Source: a virus (Duplodnaviria; Caudoviricetes). Taken from it: DNA of 48,473 bases. This document shows positions 10,151 through 18,227 of the stretch, in pieces. Location of the stretch: the IMG/VR virus record IMGVR_UViG_3300048611_000157, positions 1 to 48,473 of that record. One strand, written 5' to 3'. Each line of letters begins with the position of its first letter. Positions within the stretch are counted from its first letter, which is position 1. Both the position numbers and the translations under genes were made by a program. Below the pieces are notes generated by a model, which was not told the DNA's origin, searched no databases, and saw only the letters and a program-made list of their open reading frames with translations.

Positions 10151-13100
10151 CGCCGTCCAGTGGGTTGAGGCCGTGGGGATCTCTAGCGTTGGGTCCCATC
10201 CGGGATTCGGGAGAGTTGAACCAGCGCTCGAGCGCGCGGTAGCGTTCGACGTAGCCTTCGGGGTCGTCAGAGGCGAGCCGGATCAGCCTCTGCATGATGC
10301 GGATGCACCCCGGCGTCGGGGTGTAGGTGATCTGGTAGCTGGACAGGCCGCTGCTCTCGATGGCCGACAAGCGGTTCATCTGCCCCAGCCACTTGTTGAA
10401 GTCCTTCATCTCCTCGACGGCGCCGCCGCTGCCCATGACCCGGGCCGAGAGCTGCCGGTGGTCCTGCGTCTCGCATAGCTGCGACAGAAGGATCACTGCC
10501 GAGTCCGAATCGTGGAGTTGCAGGTGCACGGTCAGCAGCGCCTCCACGGTGTAGGGCTGCGACACGCTGCGTGATCGGATGATCCGCTGCGAGAACAGGT
10601 CGTATTGCAGGTTCTCCCAGCAGCGCAGCATCCACTGGATCGCGGCCTCCACGTGGCCGACCCGGGTCAGGCACTCGCGCGGCTTGCCTTCGGGGTGAGA
10701 GTAGCAGAGGTTCGCGATCGCGATCGCGATCCGGATGACGGAGTGCGCCTTCTCGGCGCCGGTGTGGAGCGGCAGCACGTCGGCTACGTAGATCTGGTCC
10801 CACTCCTGAGCGATCTTCTCGGCGCGCTTCCATGCCTCAGGCTCGATGTGCACCATGTGCGGCTCCATCGCCCAGGCCCGCAGGATCAGCGCTCGCGCGA
10901 GCTCGGGCTGCCACACGTGCTCGACGGTCTCGCGGTTCATGTCCGCGGGCTCGGTGATGCACCAGGCGAAGTCGAGTCTCCCGACGGCCTCGGGCACACC
11001 GTAGAAGTGCAGCAGGTGCTGGCACGGATACTGCAAGCTGCGGCGCTTGCGCTCGAACCAGTTGCCGGCGGTGATGAGCCGGACGGAAGCCTGCAGCTTG
11101 GTGTTGCCGTAGATCTTGGCGGCGCTGACCTTCCCGTCGTCGCGCGCGCTCTGCAGGCAGATCATCGGGTTCTCGCCGCTCGCCTGCGCCATGTGGTGGA
11201 ATTCGTCGAAGAAGAGCAGCTTGCCGTGGTTCTTGGGGAAGATGCCAGGCACCATCTGCTCCCCGCTCTTCCCTCCCCCGACGGTCAAGCCCGCGCGGGA
11301 GAAGTTGTCCATGCAGGTGAAGGCCTGCCCCAGGCGCCAGAACTCGAACAGGCGCCGGATCGTCTCGGACTTGCCTTGGCGCGTCTCGCCGAACCCGCAC
11401 GCATCGAGCCATCCTCGGTAGGAGTGCCCCGAGATCTTGTAGCGCAGCACGGAGTGCGCCACGAGGATCGCGAGGATGTGGAGCTCCTCGCGTCCGTAGA
11501 TCTCGGTGACGTTGTTCGCGAGGTCGGCGACCACAGTGTCGATGTGGATCCAGATCCGTTCGCAGTCGTTCGCCTTCCATGGTGTGATCGGCAGGAGGCT
11601 GTTGTGGAACTCGTCGAGGTCGAAGTGCGGCTTGTCTAGCTGCTCGATCTTGGTGGCGAACAGACCGACTGTGTTGCCGGCGGCGTGCACGTAGCCGGTG
11701 ACGGCGATCTCGCCGGCGATCGACGGTGTCTCGGTCGAGACTATCGGGGCGCGCTTGGTGCCGTCCTCCTCGGGTGAGATCGACCAGCTCGACCCGGGCC
11801 AGGTCTCTTCGTAGCGCAGCGTGCACTCCGAGCAGCCGGTCGGCTTGCCGAGCAGGTGGCGCTTGAGCCATCCCTTCGCGTCGTCGGTGATGAAGGCCTC
11901 GAGCAGCTCGCCCCGGTAGAGCGAGCAGTCGATGACCTGGTCAGCGAAGCGGGTAGGCACTCCGCACGAGTTGCAGATCGACTTGCAGTTCATCGGGCAT
12001 TCGATCCCGATCGTCTTCGGGATCAGCGCCTGCAGGTCGCGGACGGACTGCACGGATCCGGCGACGGTGACGAACTCGCCGACGTAGGCCCGGATCTCGT
12101 CGAAGCTGATCTCTTGGGGGTCGTCGGCGGGGTCGACCAGCTCCTCGTAGGGGTAGGACGGGAGGTCCTCGAAGGTCCCTTCCTCGGTGAGCCAGTCGCG
12201 CAGGTCGGCGCCGAACCGGTCGACCGGGTCGATGGGGATGGCCAGGAGGTGCACCTTGCAGTGGTTGGCGGCGAAGACGCGGGCGACGTGGTCGACCAGG
12301 TTCGTCCGCCGGCGGAGCATGTCCTTCAGCTTCTTCTCGTCTGGAGCCCGGTGGGTCTTGCGGTCGGGCCCTTGGAAGGTGTCGTTGTCGTAGCAGATCC
12401 GGACCGTGCGCCGCGGCCAGGTGTCCGGCATCAGGCGGCTCGAGACGGGCGCTGTGGCGCCGCCAGTCCACGTGTAGGCGAAGATCGGCGTCTTGCGCCG
12501 GTGGAGCCTGCCGAGCTTGTAGGCGGCCAGGACGTCCATCTCGCCCTCGCAGAGCAGGATCTCGGCGCCGGCGGGGAGCTCGAGGTGGGGCCAGAACCCG
12601 TTCGGCGCTCCTCCACCCTTCGACCAGCGCCATTTCTGCCGGCCGTTCGGGGTGTAGATGCGGTAGCGGGTCCGGAGTTCGCCGTTGGGGTAGAACTGCG
12701 CGAAGACGATGGCGCCGGCCAGGAACCCAACGCCGAACCGTGACAGCCTCACCGGATCCCAGAGGCCGCGGCCGCGGAAGTGCTGCCGCGCCCCCTCGGC
12801 TTCCTCGGCCTCCATCAGGTTGTGGATCGCGGAGTCCAGGAGTTCGGGCGTCATCTTCTGGGGCGCCCGCTGCTTGCCCTTGCCGAGCTTGGGCAGCGGC
12901 ACGCTGAGCAGATCGCCAACCTGCTTCGCTGCCTCCCACGAGCTCGGGAGTCCGTGCAGGTCCTGCCACCACTCGAACAGGTCCATCTCCCGCCCGCACT
13001 GCCGGCATTTCAGGTAGCCGGTGTTCATCGAGATCGACGCGGACCCGTCGGTGTCCGAGCAGCAGGGGCAGCGGGCCGCCTGCCACTCCTTCGATCTTCC

Positions 13101-13187
13101 GGGCACAGCATGGACACCGAGAGTGTTCAGGCTACTCTGAGACGCGCCGAACGCTTCCTTGACCACCCGGAAGTAGCTTCGTTCCAT
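10119..13187 (-). CDS. Primase-helicase fusion: Zn finger + Toprim primase + MCM-like AAA+ helicase (~1022 aa)
   Basis: CPCC..CRQC Zn finger; Toprim CEGEMD and CYDND; central Cys cluster; Walker A GETRQGKS, SRAGLT, Walker B LFFDEF, LITAGN, RLDF; GAGGA upstream of ATG 13187 (ORF track starts 13205). Confidence 0.85.
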   Translation of the reverse strand: MERSYFRVVKEAFGASQSSLNTLGVHAVPGRSKEWQAARCPCCSDTDGSASISMNTGYLKCRQCGREMDLFEWWQDLHGLPSSWEAAKQVGDLLSVPLPKLGKGKQRAPQKMTPELLDSAIHNLMEAEEAEGARQHFRGRGLWDPVRLSRFGVGFLAGAIVFAQFYPNGELRTRYRIYTPNGRQKWRWSKGGGAPNGFWPHLELPAGAEILLCEGEMDVLAAYKLGRLHRRKTPIFAYTWTGGATAPVSSRLMPDTWPRRTVRICYDNDTFQGPDRKTHRAPDEKKLKDMLRRRTNLVDHVARVFAANHCKVHLLAIPIDPVDRFGADLRDWLTEEGTFEDLPSYPYEELVDPADDPQEISFDEIRAYVGEFVTVAGSVQSVRDLQALIPKTIGIECPMNCKSICNSCGVPTRFADQVIDCSLYRGELLEAFITDDAKGWLKRHLLGKPTGCSECTLRYEETWPGSSWSISPEEDGTKRAPIVSTETPSIAGEIAVTGYVHAAGNTVGLFATKIEQLDKPHFDLDEFHNSLLPITPWKANDCERIWIHIDTVVADLANNVTEIYGREELHILAILVAHSVLRYKISGHSYRGWLDACGFGETRQGKSETIRRLFEFWRLGQAFTCMDNFSRAGLTVGGGKSGEQMVPGIFPKNHGKLLFFDEFHHMAQASGENPMICLQSARDDGKVSAAKIYGNTKLQASVRLITAGNWFERKRRSLQYPCQHLLHFYGVPEAVGRLDFAWCITEPADMNRETVEHVWQPELARALILRAWAMEPHMVHIEPEAWKRAEKIAQEWDQIYVADVLPLHTGAEKAHSVIRIAIAIANLCYSHPEGKPRECLTRVGHVEAAIQWMLRCWENLQYDLFSQRIIRSRSVSQPYTVEALLTVHLQLHDSDSAVILLSQLCETQDHRQLSARVMGSGGAVEEMKDFNKWLGQMNRLSAIESSGLSSYQITYTPTPGCIRIMQRLIRLASDDPEGYVERYRALERWFNSPESRMGPNARDPHGLNPLDGDDSDESEFIF

Positions 13188-13206
13188 CAGTCCTCGTAGA
13201 TGCACA

Positions 13207-13241
13207 GCGGGCCGCGACTCTCCCAGTGAGTCGCGGCCCGC
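13207..13241. terminator. 14-bp perfect inverted repeat (terminator or mRNA stem-loop)
   Basis: gcgggccgcgactc-tcccagt-gagtcgcggcccgc; T-rich tail on the + side only. Confidence 0.6.
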
Positions 13242-13262
13242 GTTTCTTGAGCTCAGTGTCGA

Positions 13263-14093
13263 TCAGGCGTCGCCGTCGATGAAGTCCTCGGCTGCTTCGT
13301 CCTGGGATCTGAGGTTGCCTGTTTCGTGCTTCGCACGCACCTCGTTGTAGAGGGCGTAGGCTGCGCGTTGCAACTCATCGGGCACTCTTTCCGTCGTCTG
13401 CCACGCCATCTGCATCCGGTAGAAGGTCGTGGTCTTGCCGCTCTTCAAGGTCTTGTGGTCTTCCGTGACCCGAACCACCGCGGGGTGTGCCCACAGATTC
13501 TTCCGGCTCATCGTCCAGGTGGACACGAACTTGGAGCCGGCCTTGTAGCTGGTGCGCGAGAAGCGCAGCATGCAGGGACCCCACTCGGTGAAGGCCACGA
13601 AGTGGTGGGTCTGGGCGCCGAGCGGCGGTTCGTTGCGCTCGTTGTCCCAATCGAGGCACTTGCGGCACTCCTCGCAGAAGCCGTATTCGGTGCCTTCGAC
13701 GCCGTCGGGGGCGATGCAGGTCTTCAGGCCGTCGTAGCGCGGGTTGTCGTCCTTGGGGAACATGGCGTTCCCCTTGTGGTAGTGCGCGATGATGAGGCGC
13801 AGCGGGCCCTCGGGGAGCACCTGTTCGGTGCCGGTGTGCATGAACAGGCCGGCGTCGGCGCCGTCGACCTTGTCTTGCACCGCCTGGCTGGTTCCCTGCA
13901 GGAGGGACAGGGCTGGGAGGATCAGGTCGTCGGGATCGACGTGGTCGCGTCCGACGACTGCGGGGACACCTTCGACGACGACGGGCGCGCTCAGCGCGAA
14001 CATGGGCAGCAGGTCGTTGCCGTCGAAAGGCTTGGGATCCCAGACGATCATGCCGTCGGGGACTTCAGCGTCTTCTGGTTGCTTCTTGCTCAT
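13263..14093 (-). CDS. Putative ssDNA-binding / recombination-associated protein
   Basis: DDLILPALSLLQGTS..V N-terminal motif seen in phage replication modules; acidic C-terminal tail (DEAAEDFIDGDA). Confidence 0.5.
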   Translation of the reverse strand: MSKKQPEDAEVPDGMIVWDPKPFDGNDLLPMFALSAPVVVEGVPAVVGRDHVDPDDLILPALSLLQGTSQAVQDKVDGADAGLFMHTGTEQVLPEGPLRLIIAHYHKGNAMFPKDDNPRYDGLKTCIAPDGVEGTEYGFCEECRKCLDWDNERNEPPLGAQTHHFVAFTEWGPCMLRFSRTSYKAGSKFVSTWTMSRKNLWAHPAVVRVTEDHKTLKSGKTTTFYRMQMAWQTTERVPDELQRAAYALYNEVRAKHETGNLRSQDEAAEDFIDGDA

Positions 14094-14269
14094 TTTCTCA
14101 CCTTGGTTCTTAGATACCAGATTCCATCTCTCTTGAACGCCCTGCTCTTGACCTTGCCGGGAATCCGGTTGCGGCGGGCCCTTGCTTCAGCATGACGTCT
14201 TTCCATCCTGCGGAGGATGACATACCAACCGTCATCGCCGAGGTGGACACTGACGATCGATTTGCTCAT
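14090..14269 (-). CDS. Small basic hypothetical protein (59 aa, MSKSIVSVHL...), below ORF-track cutoff
   Basis: ATGA overlaps at both ends fill the gap exactly. Confidence 0.6.
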   Translation of the reverse strand: MSKSIVSVHLGDDGWYVILRRMERRHAEARARRNRIPGKVKSRAFKRDGIWYLRTKVRK

Positions 14270-14721
14270 CCCTTCGTCTTCCTGTAGTAGTTGTCGAACC
14301 CCCGACAGGAGACGTTCGGCCAGGTGTTCAGGCCGAAGAACTCGGGGACGTCGTCCTGGTCGAGCTTCTCACCTTGGATGTCGTTCTTCAGGCGCTCGAC
14401 CACGCTCGGCTTGGACACGTCTTCGAAGGTGAACTCGGCCAGGTCGCCGTAGCGCTCGTGCAGCCAGGTCTTGACTTCCTCACGGTTCGCCGCGTTGCAC
14501 TTGATGCTGAAGTCGTCGCTCAGGTGGAACGACAGGCCTTGGAACGGGCTGTCATCCGCGGGGATGTAGCCCTGCTGCTGCTCCTCGAGCATCGCTTCGA
14601 CGAGTGCGGCCTTGGCGCCCTTGTGGATCTTGTCGGCGGCATCGCTGGCTGCCTTGGCGTCCTTGTAGTCGACGCGGGTTTGGAGGTAAGCCTCAATCGC
14701 TTTTGGGATCTTGTTGCTCAT
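14266..14721 (-). CDS. Hypothetical phage protein (151 aa)
   Basis: N-terminal coiled coil; typical neighbour of SSB-like genes. Confidence 0.75.
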   Translation of the reverse strand: MSNKIPKAIEAYLQTRVDYKDAKAASDAADKIHKGAKAALVEAMLEEQQQGYIPADDSPFQGLSFHLSDDFSIKCNAANREEVKTWLHERYGDLAEFTFEDVSKPSVVERLKNDIQGEKLDQDDVPEFFGLNTWPNVSCRGFDNYYRKTKG

Positions 14722-14875
14722 GGTTCTTTTCGGGGTGGAGCTCGAGGACCATCTCGAGCAGGAGCGGGACGACTGCCCCGGGGCGGTGCTGGATGTAGAG
14801 GCCGAGCTTTTGCTCGGTTGTGCAATAGGGGTAGAGCTTGTCGGTGAGCTTCCGGAACTTGGAGTATTCAGTCAT
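14693..14875 (-). CDS. Hypothetical protein (60 aa)
   Basis: ATG 14875 MTEYSKFRK...; tiles the operon. Confidence 0.5.
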   Translation of the reverse strand: MTEYSKFRKLTDKLYPYCTTEQKLGLYIQHRPGAVVPLLLEMVLELHPEKNHEQQDPKSD

Positions 14876-15095
14876 GGTGAAGAATGCCGGCCGTCTGCGC
14901 CCGCTGCCAGCACTCCGGGCAGTCCTGCGGTTCCAGTCGCCGGATGTCGTTGCGGCCCTTCTTGAGGAAGCGGCGAAGGAGGACGCGGCCGCAGAGGGAC
15001 GTGCGCTCGCCGGGTGCAAAGTAGTGCAGGAGGTGGGAGGCGTGGGCGGTGGCCCAGCCGGAGGCGAGGGAGTGGTTCGGGTCAGTCACGTCCAA
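14868..15095 (-). CDS. Small putative Zn-binding protein
   Basis: H..SLCG...CPEC motif; tiles the operon. Confidence 0.5.
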   Translation of the reverse strand: MDVTDPNHSLASGWATAHASHLLHYFAPGERTSLCGRVLLRRFLKKGRNDIRRLEPQDCPECWQRAQTAGILHHD

Positions 15096-15348
15096 ATCTC
15101 AGGTATTCGTCCATCGAGTCGAAGCCGCCCTCGCGGTTCTCTGATCGGTCCATCTCCGCGTCCTCGAGCATCAGCGCGTCCTGGTTCTCGATAAGGTAGG
15201 CGTGCAAGTCGGGCCACTGCGGGATCCAATCCTGGCGGAGCAGCCAGAGGAGGTAGTCAGGCGGCACCTCCTCCATCGGGATTCCCTTGTGCTGGCCCCA
15301 CGGTATGGGGGTTTTGTCGGTGACCTTCTGACGGGGTGGCTTAGGCAT
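15082..15348 (-). CDS. DUF3820-like / exonuclease X C-terminal-like protein
   Basis: IPWGQHKGIPMEEVPPDYLLWL motif. Confidence 0.75.
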   Translation of the reverse strand: MPKPPRQKVTDKTPIPWGQHKGIPMEEVPPDYLLWLLRQDWIPQWPDLHAYLIENQDALMLEDAEMDRSENREGGFDSMDEYLRFGRD

Positions 15349-15739
15349 CGCGCCACATCCAGATTCGTTGATACCCGCGCGCCGGGATCGGTTCGCGGAA
15401 CGGCTTCGGCGCGCTGAGTTGCCATCCCCAGAACCCTCGCTCATGCCATCCGTCAGGCTCGTTGTGCGGGTCGATCACCCCCGCGAGGATCACGGTGCCG
15501 AGCACGCATCCTGTAGGCAGATCGCGCGGGACCGACGGCAGGTCGAACTCGTTCTCGATCCACCGGCATAACGCACGGTCGGTCTTGCGCGCGGCTGCGT
15601 GAATCGCGATGCGCCGCCCAATCAGAGAGTGGGGCGGTCGCCACGAGCGGTTTTCGATGTCCTTGCCGGCTTCCATGATCGCCCATGCCCATGGCTGCCA
15701 GATGGTGATGGCGGGGATGGCCCTGGTCGAATCACTCAT
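15341..15739 (-). CDS. ASCH domain protein
   Basis: ITIWQPWAWAI..GKDIENRSW...IAIHAA...PIPARGYQRIW. Confidence 0.9.
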   Translation of the reverse strand: MSDSTRAIPAITIWQPWAWAIMEAGKDIENRSWRPPHSLIGRRIAIHAAARKTDRALCRWIENEFDLPSVPRDLPTGCVLGTVILAGVIDPHNEPDGWHERGFWGWQLSAPKPFREPIPARGYQRIWMWRDA

Positions 15740-15769
15740 CGCTCTGCGCCTCATTCAGTGTCGTCATGG

Positions 15770-16060
15770 TCAGTTCTCCGAGTTCCCGTAGGGCCGTCTC
15801 CGACCGTCGTAGTTCATGATCTCATTCTGCAAGACCTTGGCCGCGTCCGGCTTCAGGAAGAGCACGGTGATATCGACCTTCCCGTCGAACTTGCCGCTTT
15901 TGGTCTTCATCTCTGCCGTGACGACCATGCTCTTCACGTCTTCGTCTCCCTCTGCGAACTCGCAAACGAAGCGATCCAGCGGATGGAGATTCTCCGGCGC
16001 GCTGTCGATTGCGAACACCGTCACCTCAGATCCGCACTTCGAGCACTGTTGCGTTGCCAT
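15770..16060 (-). CDS. Hypothetical protein (96 aa), paralog of 16060-16317
   Basis: Shared LKPDAAxVL.xEI motif; TGATG coupling. Confidence 0.7.
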   Translation of the reverse strand: MATQQCSKCGSEVTVFAIDSAPENLHPLDRFVCEFAEGDEDVKSMVVTAEMKTKSGKFDGKVDITVLFLKPDAAKVLQNEIMNYDGRRRPYGNSEN

Positions 16061-16317
16061 CAGTTGTCCGACCTCCTGTGCGGCTGCCGACCGCCGCTCT
16101 CGATCTCGTAGCGCAGCACCGCGGCCGCGTCCGGCTTGAGCATGAGAATGATCAGGATCTCTTGCTTGATCTCGCCGGTGTCCTTGTTGATCGTCAGCGT
16201 CGGTAGGTTCGCGCTCTTGATCGTGTAGTCGCTCGCGTAGAGCTCGGCCAAGGCCTTTTCCATGGGGTGCGTCTCCATGGTGGTGCCGCACTTGGGGCCC
16301 AGGGGGTATTTGTTCAT
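16060..16317 (-). CDS. Hypothetical protein (85 aa), paralog of 15770-16060
   Basis: Shared KCG, HP and LKPDAAxVL motifs. Confidence 0.7.
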   Translation of the reverse strand: MNKYPLGPKCGTTMETHPMEKALAELYASDYTIKSANLPTLTINKDTGEIKQEILIILMLKPDAAAVLRYEIESGGRQPHRRSDN

Positions 16318-17777
16318 CTCTTGAACCTCATCTCCATGTGCTCCCCGATGGCAACGATGCCCTGCATCTTCGCTTCCTCGTCCGCGTCACGCGGCTTGTG
16401 CTTCGTCGCACCCAACCAGGCGAAGTGCGGCGAGCTGGCGAGGCCCTCGTTGGGAGTGCGGTGCTCACGGTCCTCGAAATAGGGCACGCCCCAGCGACCA
16501 TCCTCGAAGCGGAAGGACGCGAACAGCCAGTCGGCTGCTTCCTCGAGCCACCACTGCACTGCTTCGAGTTCTTCCGGTGTCGGCGCTATCAACACCGTAA
16601 AGCTCTTGATCGCCTGAGCCAGCACCCAGACGCCCCAGAAGTGGATGCCGATCTCGCTGGCCGAGTAGTGCAAGTTGTCGCCGCCCCAGCGGGCGAAGCC
16701 GATGCCGTGCTCGTTGAACCGTTGCTTGAACGCCGCTTTGTCGATCAGCCACCGCTCCCAGGTCCGGGTCCCGACCATGTTGGCGAGATCGATGTCGCCG
16801 TGCGACATCAGCGCCCGGTAGAGATCGACGCCGGTCTTGAGGATGCGACCCTGCCCGCGCTCGGTCGGACTGTTGGCGTGCGCGGTGCCGCGCGGCACCG
16901 CTGGGTTGTCGCGCATGAACACGTGCGCGGCAGCCTCGAGCAACATGTGCAGCCCTTCGTCCTCGTGGTGCAGGATCGACGTCTGCGCCAACGGAGAGAA
17001 CAGGCAGTAGTGCTGCTGGTCCTGTTGGTTCTCGAACACCGCCATCCGGTCGCGCCATGGCTCGTCCGGGTTCGTGTATCGGATCCAGCCCCGGTCCTTG
17101 CTCTTGGAGTGGATGATCGCGCCGTGGGTCTGCAGATCCGGGTAGTCGGCCTCGGTGACCAGTCGACCGTCGTCGTGGTGCTGAAAGTAGCCGCCGTAGC
17201 CTCCGAGCATGTAGAGGTTCGGGAGAGGGGCTTCCTCGTGCGTGATCCCCATGTAGGGCCAGAGGCCGCCGGTCTGGTTGGGGTTCGGGGGGCAATAGGG
17301 GTTCGGCCGAAGGAAGTCATCCGGGTCCTCCACTCCCCTCGTCACGGTCAGGTTCTGGAAGTCGATCTCGAACCGCTGCACCGTGGTCCCCTGGCCGTGC
17401 ATGATCCGTTGGTCAGACCACCGCTCGATCTGGGCGTCGACCATCGGGTGGAACTCGGATTGGAGTCCGATGTCCTCACGCTCGAACGTCGGCGCCTCGA
17501 GGCTGGTATCGCCGTAGACGAGCCGCAGGTGGAACGTCACGATCGGACACCCCGACCGCGCCATCGCCCGCAGGCGCAGCCAGGCGTTGCCGATCTTGGT
17601 CAGCGCCTCCCAGACCGCGCGGCCGTCAGCGTAGATGTTGAGGAGCTTGGCCGATGCGAGGATGAGAACTCGAGATCCGGGTTCGTCGCCGTTGGCGAAC
17701 AGTGTCCACCCCTGCTCCTCGATCTTCTCGAGCAGGTAGGGGTTGGGATGGAACTCACGTGTTTGGGGGATCTTCAT
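16314..17777 (-). CDS. Hypothetical protein (487 aa), possibly enzyme with helical toroid C-terminus
   Basis: GGAGGA RBS before ATG 17777; W/H/Y-rich; DQQH and RGQGRIL motifs. Confidence 0.7.
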   Translation of the reverse strand: MKIPQTREFHPNPYLLEKIEEQGWTLFANGDEPGSRVLILASAKLLNIYADGRAVWEALTKIGNAWLRLRAMARSGCPIVTFHLRLVYGDTSLEAPTFEREDIGLQSEFHPMVDAQIERWSDQRIMHGQGTTVQRFEIDFQNLTVTRGVEDPDDFLRPNPYCPPNPNQTGGLWPYMGITHEEAPLPNLYMLGGYGGYFQHHDDGRLVTEADYPDLQTHGAIIHSKSKDRGWIRYTNPDEPWRDRMAVFENQQDQQHYCLFSPLAQTSILHHEDEGLHMLLEAAAHVFMRDNPAVPRGTAHANSPTERGQGRILKTGVDLYRALMSHGDIDLANMVGTRTWERWLIDKAAFKQRFNEHGIGFARWGGDNLHYSASEIGIHFWGVWVLAQAIKSFTVLIAPTPEELEAVQWWLEEAADWLFASFRFEDGRWGVPYFEDREHRTPNEGLASSPHFAWLGATKHKPRDADEEAKMQGIVAIGEHMEMRFKR

Positions 17778-18027
17778 GCTTCGTCCTCCTGTCCAACAAC
17801 TCCACGACCCGGATCTCGAGTTCTTCGATCCGGTTCTGCTTCGCATGTAGCTCGGTGTGCAGCTCGTCAAGTTGTCGCTGATGCTGCTCGATCAGCCGGC
17901 GGTTTTTCTCCCTCTCAGCGTCGCGGTCCATCTGCATCTGGATGCGAATGGAGTGCACCTCCTGCAGTAGCTGCAGCGTGACGTGGTGCGGGTCGTAGGG
18001 GCTGAACTGGTTGTTCGGCATCTTCAT
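17755..18027 (-). CDS. Coiled-coil hypothetical protein (90 aa)
   Basis: ATGA overlap with upstream gene; heptad pattern. Confidence 0.65.
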   Translation of the reverse strand: MKMPNNQFSPYDPHHVTLQLLQEVHSIRIQMQMDRDAEREKNRRLIEQHQRQLDELHTELHAKQNRIEELEIRVVELLDRRTKHEDPPNT

Positions 18028-18227
18028 GGTGCGTTCCTCTTCTGGCATTGACGACAAGGGGCTTTGCGCTCCCAGTGAACGTGTGGCGGCTGCTCGACCC
18101 CGCAGGTGGGGCACTCGTGCGCTCTCCGATCCTCGCGCTGGGCGTCCTCGAGGTGCTGCCGACAGTAGGCTGATCGCCCCCAATAGCGGACGGCGTAGCG
18201 ATCGCACTCGCAGCATTCGGTGCTCAC
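18024..18227 (-). CDS. Small Cys-rich Zn-finger protein (67 aa)
   Basis: CCEC, CRQH, CPTC, CRQC. Confidence 0.65.
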   Translation of the reverse strand: MSTECCECDRYAVRYWGRSAYCRQHLEDAQREDRRAHECPTCGVEQPPHVHWERKAPCRQCQKRNAP

